In this document: positions 61,501 through 64,000 of the stretch, piece by piece
Position numbering within the stretch: the first letter of the stretch is position 1
Layout of the letters: each line of letters opens with the position of its first letter
Source: the human T2T-CHM13v2.0 reference genome, Homo sapiens
NCBI RefSeq assembly: GCF_009914755.1
Contig: NC_060927.1
Reading direction: 5' to 3' (one strand)
Length of the DNA stretch: 64,000 nt
The notes under the pieces: generated by a model
Told to the model about the DNA's origin: nothing
The model's database searches: none
Seen by the model: only the letters and a program-made list of their open reading frames with translations
Position numbers and translations under genes: made by a program

Positions 61501-62472
61501 CACATGAGCAAGTGGGGAATTGATTAGGTTCTATTATTTTTTTCCCCTAGTGTCTGATAAAAATTGGATTTCTTTTGAAATTCTATTAGAGTGATTTGTG
61601 TAACTGATTCTGTGCCTTATATAGTGAAGTTTGGAAATTGTTTTGTTCTGATCATTAAAGGTTCAATTTTATTATTCTAGAATGCATCCCATTTTATTTT
61701 CCAAATATCTTTCAAAATTATATCCCAAAGTAGAAAACTAATACCTTTCATATAGATACAGATGCTTTACATATGCAGGTAGTGAACTACTTATAAATAA
61801 TATTGAGCTTAGTGTACTCAAAAAGGGTTCAAAACTTTTCGTGCAACAAATATCTAACCTAATCTCTTCTCTGAGATGTCATCCTCATAAAATGTTTATG
61901 AATGCACCAAAATCAATCTGCAGCTTCTGCTCAATTGGCCACACAAAGCCCTCACACTCGTAAAGATCTTCCTTTTTAAAATAGCTTTACTGAAATGTCA
62001 TAAAGATCTTTTCATATGCATTTATGAAAGATACCCATCTTCAGTTTTGCCTTAAATATACATGCATTCACATACACATAAACATGCCGGTCTAAAATTA
62101 TTTGGTCAATAAATTAATAAGTTGAAGTATTTGCTTGAACTGAAATACGTGCTTTAAATTTCTTATCATTTCCTCAATTCAAGTCACCTAGAAAAATGAA
62201 CAGATAGAAAATAAAAAGCCAAAAAAGACAATAATAAGCCTCATTCAATTGAAATGAAGCAAAGTATTTCATGTTCTAAGCTGTCAATCTAATTAATTCT
62301 CAAGAGGATATTAGTGTGTAACCATTACTAACAATTTGATAACTTTGGGGGCTTGTTTGGTTTGGTTTGGTTTTTTGTAAAGGCAACAAAAGTCTGCATT
62401 AGTTTTTTACCTATGTTCTTTTCAGTCCATTCACAATTGTTTGTTTACCTTTTTTTTTTTCAGTTTGGAAAG

Positions 62473-62600
62473 TTTATTTTATTTTTATATATATATATTT
62501 ATTATACTTTAAGTTCTAGGGTACATGTGCACAACATGCAGGTTTGTTACATATGTATACATGTGCCATGTTGGTGTGCTGCACCCATTAACTCATTTAC
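62473..62600 (-). mobile_element. Very short L1PA (PA4/5-like) 3' end
   Basis: attatactttaagttctagggtacatgtgcacaacatgcaggtttgttacatatgtatacatgtgccatgttggtgtgctgcacccattaactc. Confidence 0.9.
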
Positions 62601-62932
62601 CTTTCTATAACTACTTGGTGTTCACATGCAAACACACACAGTTTTACTCCTGTCCTATTTTCCTGTGATTTCTCACTTGCATTAGAGGACTGTAAAATGA
62701 GTTCCTTTATTTAGTGCAGTTTCCTTAACCAGAATTGTATTAGCTCATCTCTTGCATTAGCTTTAGAAATCTAAACTTTTGTTTAGTTTTTTCTTTTTTT
62801 TTTTTGTATTGAAAACTCATTACCTGGATAAAAAAGCTAATACAAACTTTATTTGTCAGAGCCATGCTACCTTCCATCACTACAGAAACAAATTTTTTAC
62901 AATAAAAATCACTTCTAGAAAGATAAGCAATA

Positions 62933-63244
<312 letters not shown>

Positions 63245-63287
63245 AGAAAGATAAGCAATAGCCTGCATTAAGAAGCAAAAGGGAGCC

Positions 63288-63601
<314 letters not shown>

Positions 63602-63658
63602 CTACAACTTCCTAAAACCTCCCAGCAATAATCACAAAATCACTTTATAGTATAATGT

Positions 63659-64000
63659 TGCTATGGTTTGCATATGGATTGTTTGGTCCCACTAAGTCTC
63701 ATATTGAAATCTGATCCCAGTGTTGGAGGTGAGGCATAATGGGAGGTGTTTGGGTCATGGGGGTGGATTCCTTGTGAATGGCTTGGTGCCATCCTCGTGG
63801 TAATGAATGAGTTCTCTTCTGGTTCTCACAAGACTTCCCCAAAGAACTGGATGTTAAAAAGAATCTGGCACCTCTCACCTCTCTCTCTCTCACACTTCCT
63901 CTCTAGCCATGTGATCTCTGCACACTGGCTCCCCTTTACCTTCTGCCGTGAGTGGAAGCAGCCTGAGGCCCTCATCAGAAGCAGATGTTGGTGCCATGCT
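63659..64000 (+). mobile_element. MaLR LTR (MSTB-like), cut by window end
   Basis: tgctatggtttg...cccagtgttggaggtg...ggtgtttgggtcatgggggtggat...gaagcagatgttggtgccatgct. Confidence 0.9.

Overview
Human genomic DNA: a diagnostic AluYb8, a human-specific subfamily, lies at 62933-63244. The window is AT-rich and dense in LINE/LTR repeats, and no host protein-coding exon, tRNA, rRNA or snRNA was recognised. Main contents: (1) a ~12.8 kb ERV1 (MER4-group, MER39-like LTRs) provirus remnant at 20911-33712 with both LTRs, an ATTG target-site duplication (TSD), a tRNA-Ser(GCT)-type primer-binding site and five nested younger insertions; (2) a near-full-length minus-strand L1PA5/6 inside it, with an in-frame 876-bp ORF2 deletion, a 141-bp tandem duplication over the ORF2 start, and an antisense ORF0 that stays open for 179 codons and runs out of the element; (3) a full-length plus-strand L1PA3 at 49789-55935 with dead ORF1/ORF2, open ORF0, the retained 129-bp ZNF93-region segment and a clear ~146-bp 3' transduction; (4) older L1M pieces, eight Alu/FLAM/FRAM copies, MaLR and ERV1 solo LTRs, hAT/Tigger/MADE1 DNA-transposon relics, MIR and L2. 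A repeat-poor island at ~57.2-62.4 kb holds candidate regulatory motifs. I do not see a convincing new multi-gene system; the best leads are retrotransposition footprints and TE-derived transcription potential. Subfamily names come from recalled consensus sequences, not from a RepeatMasker run.
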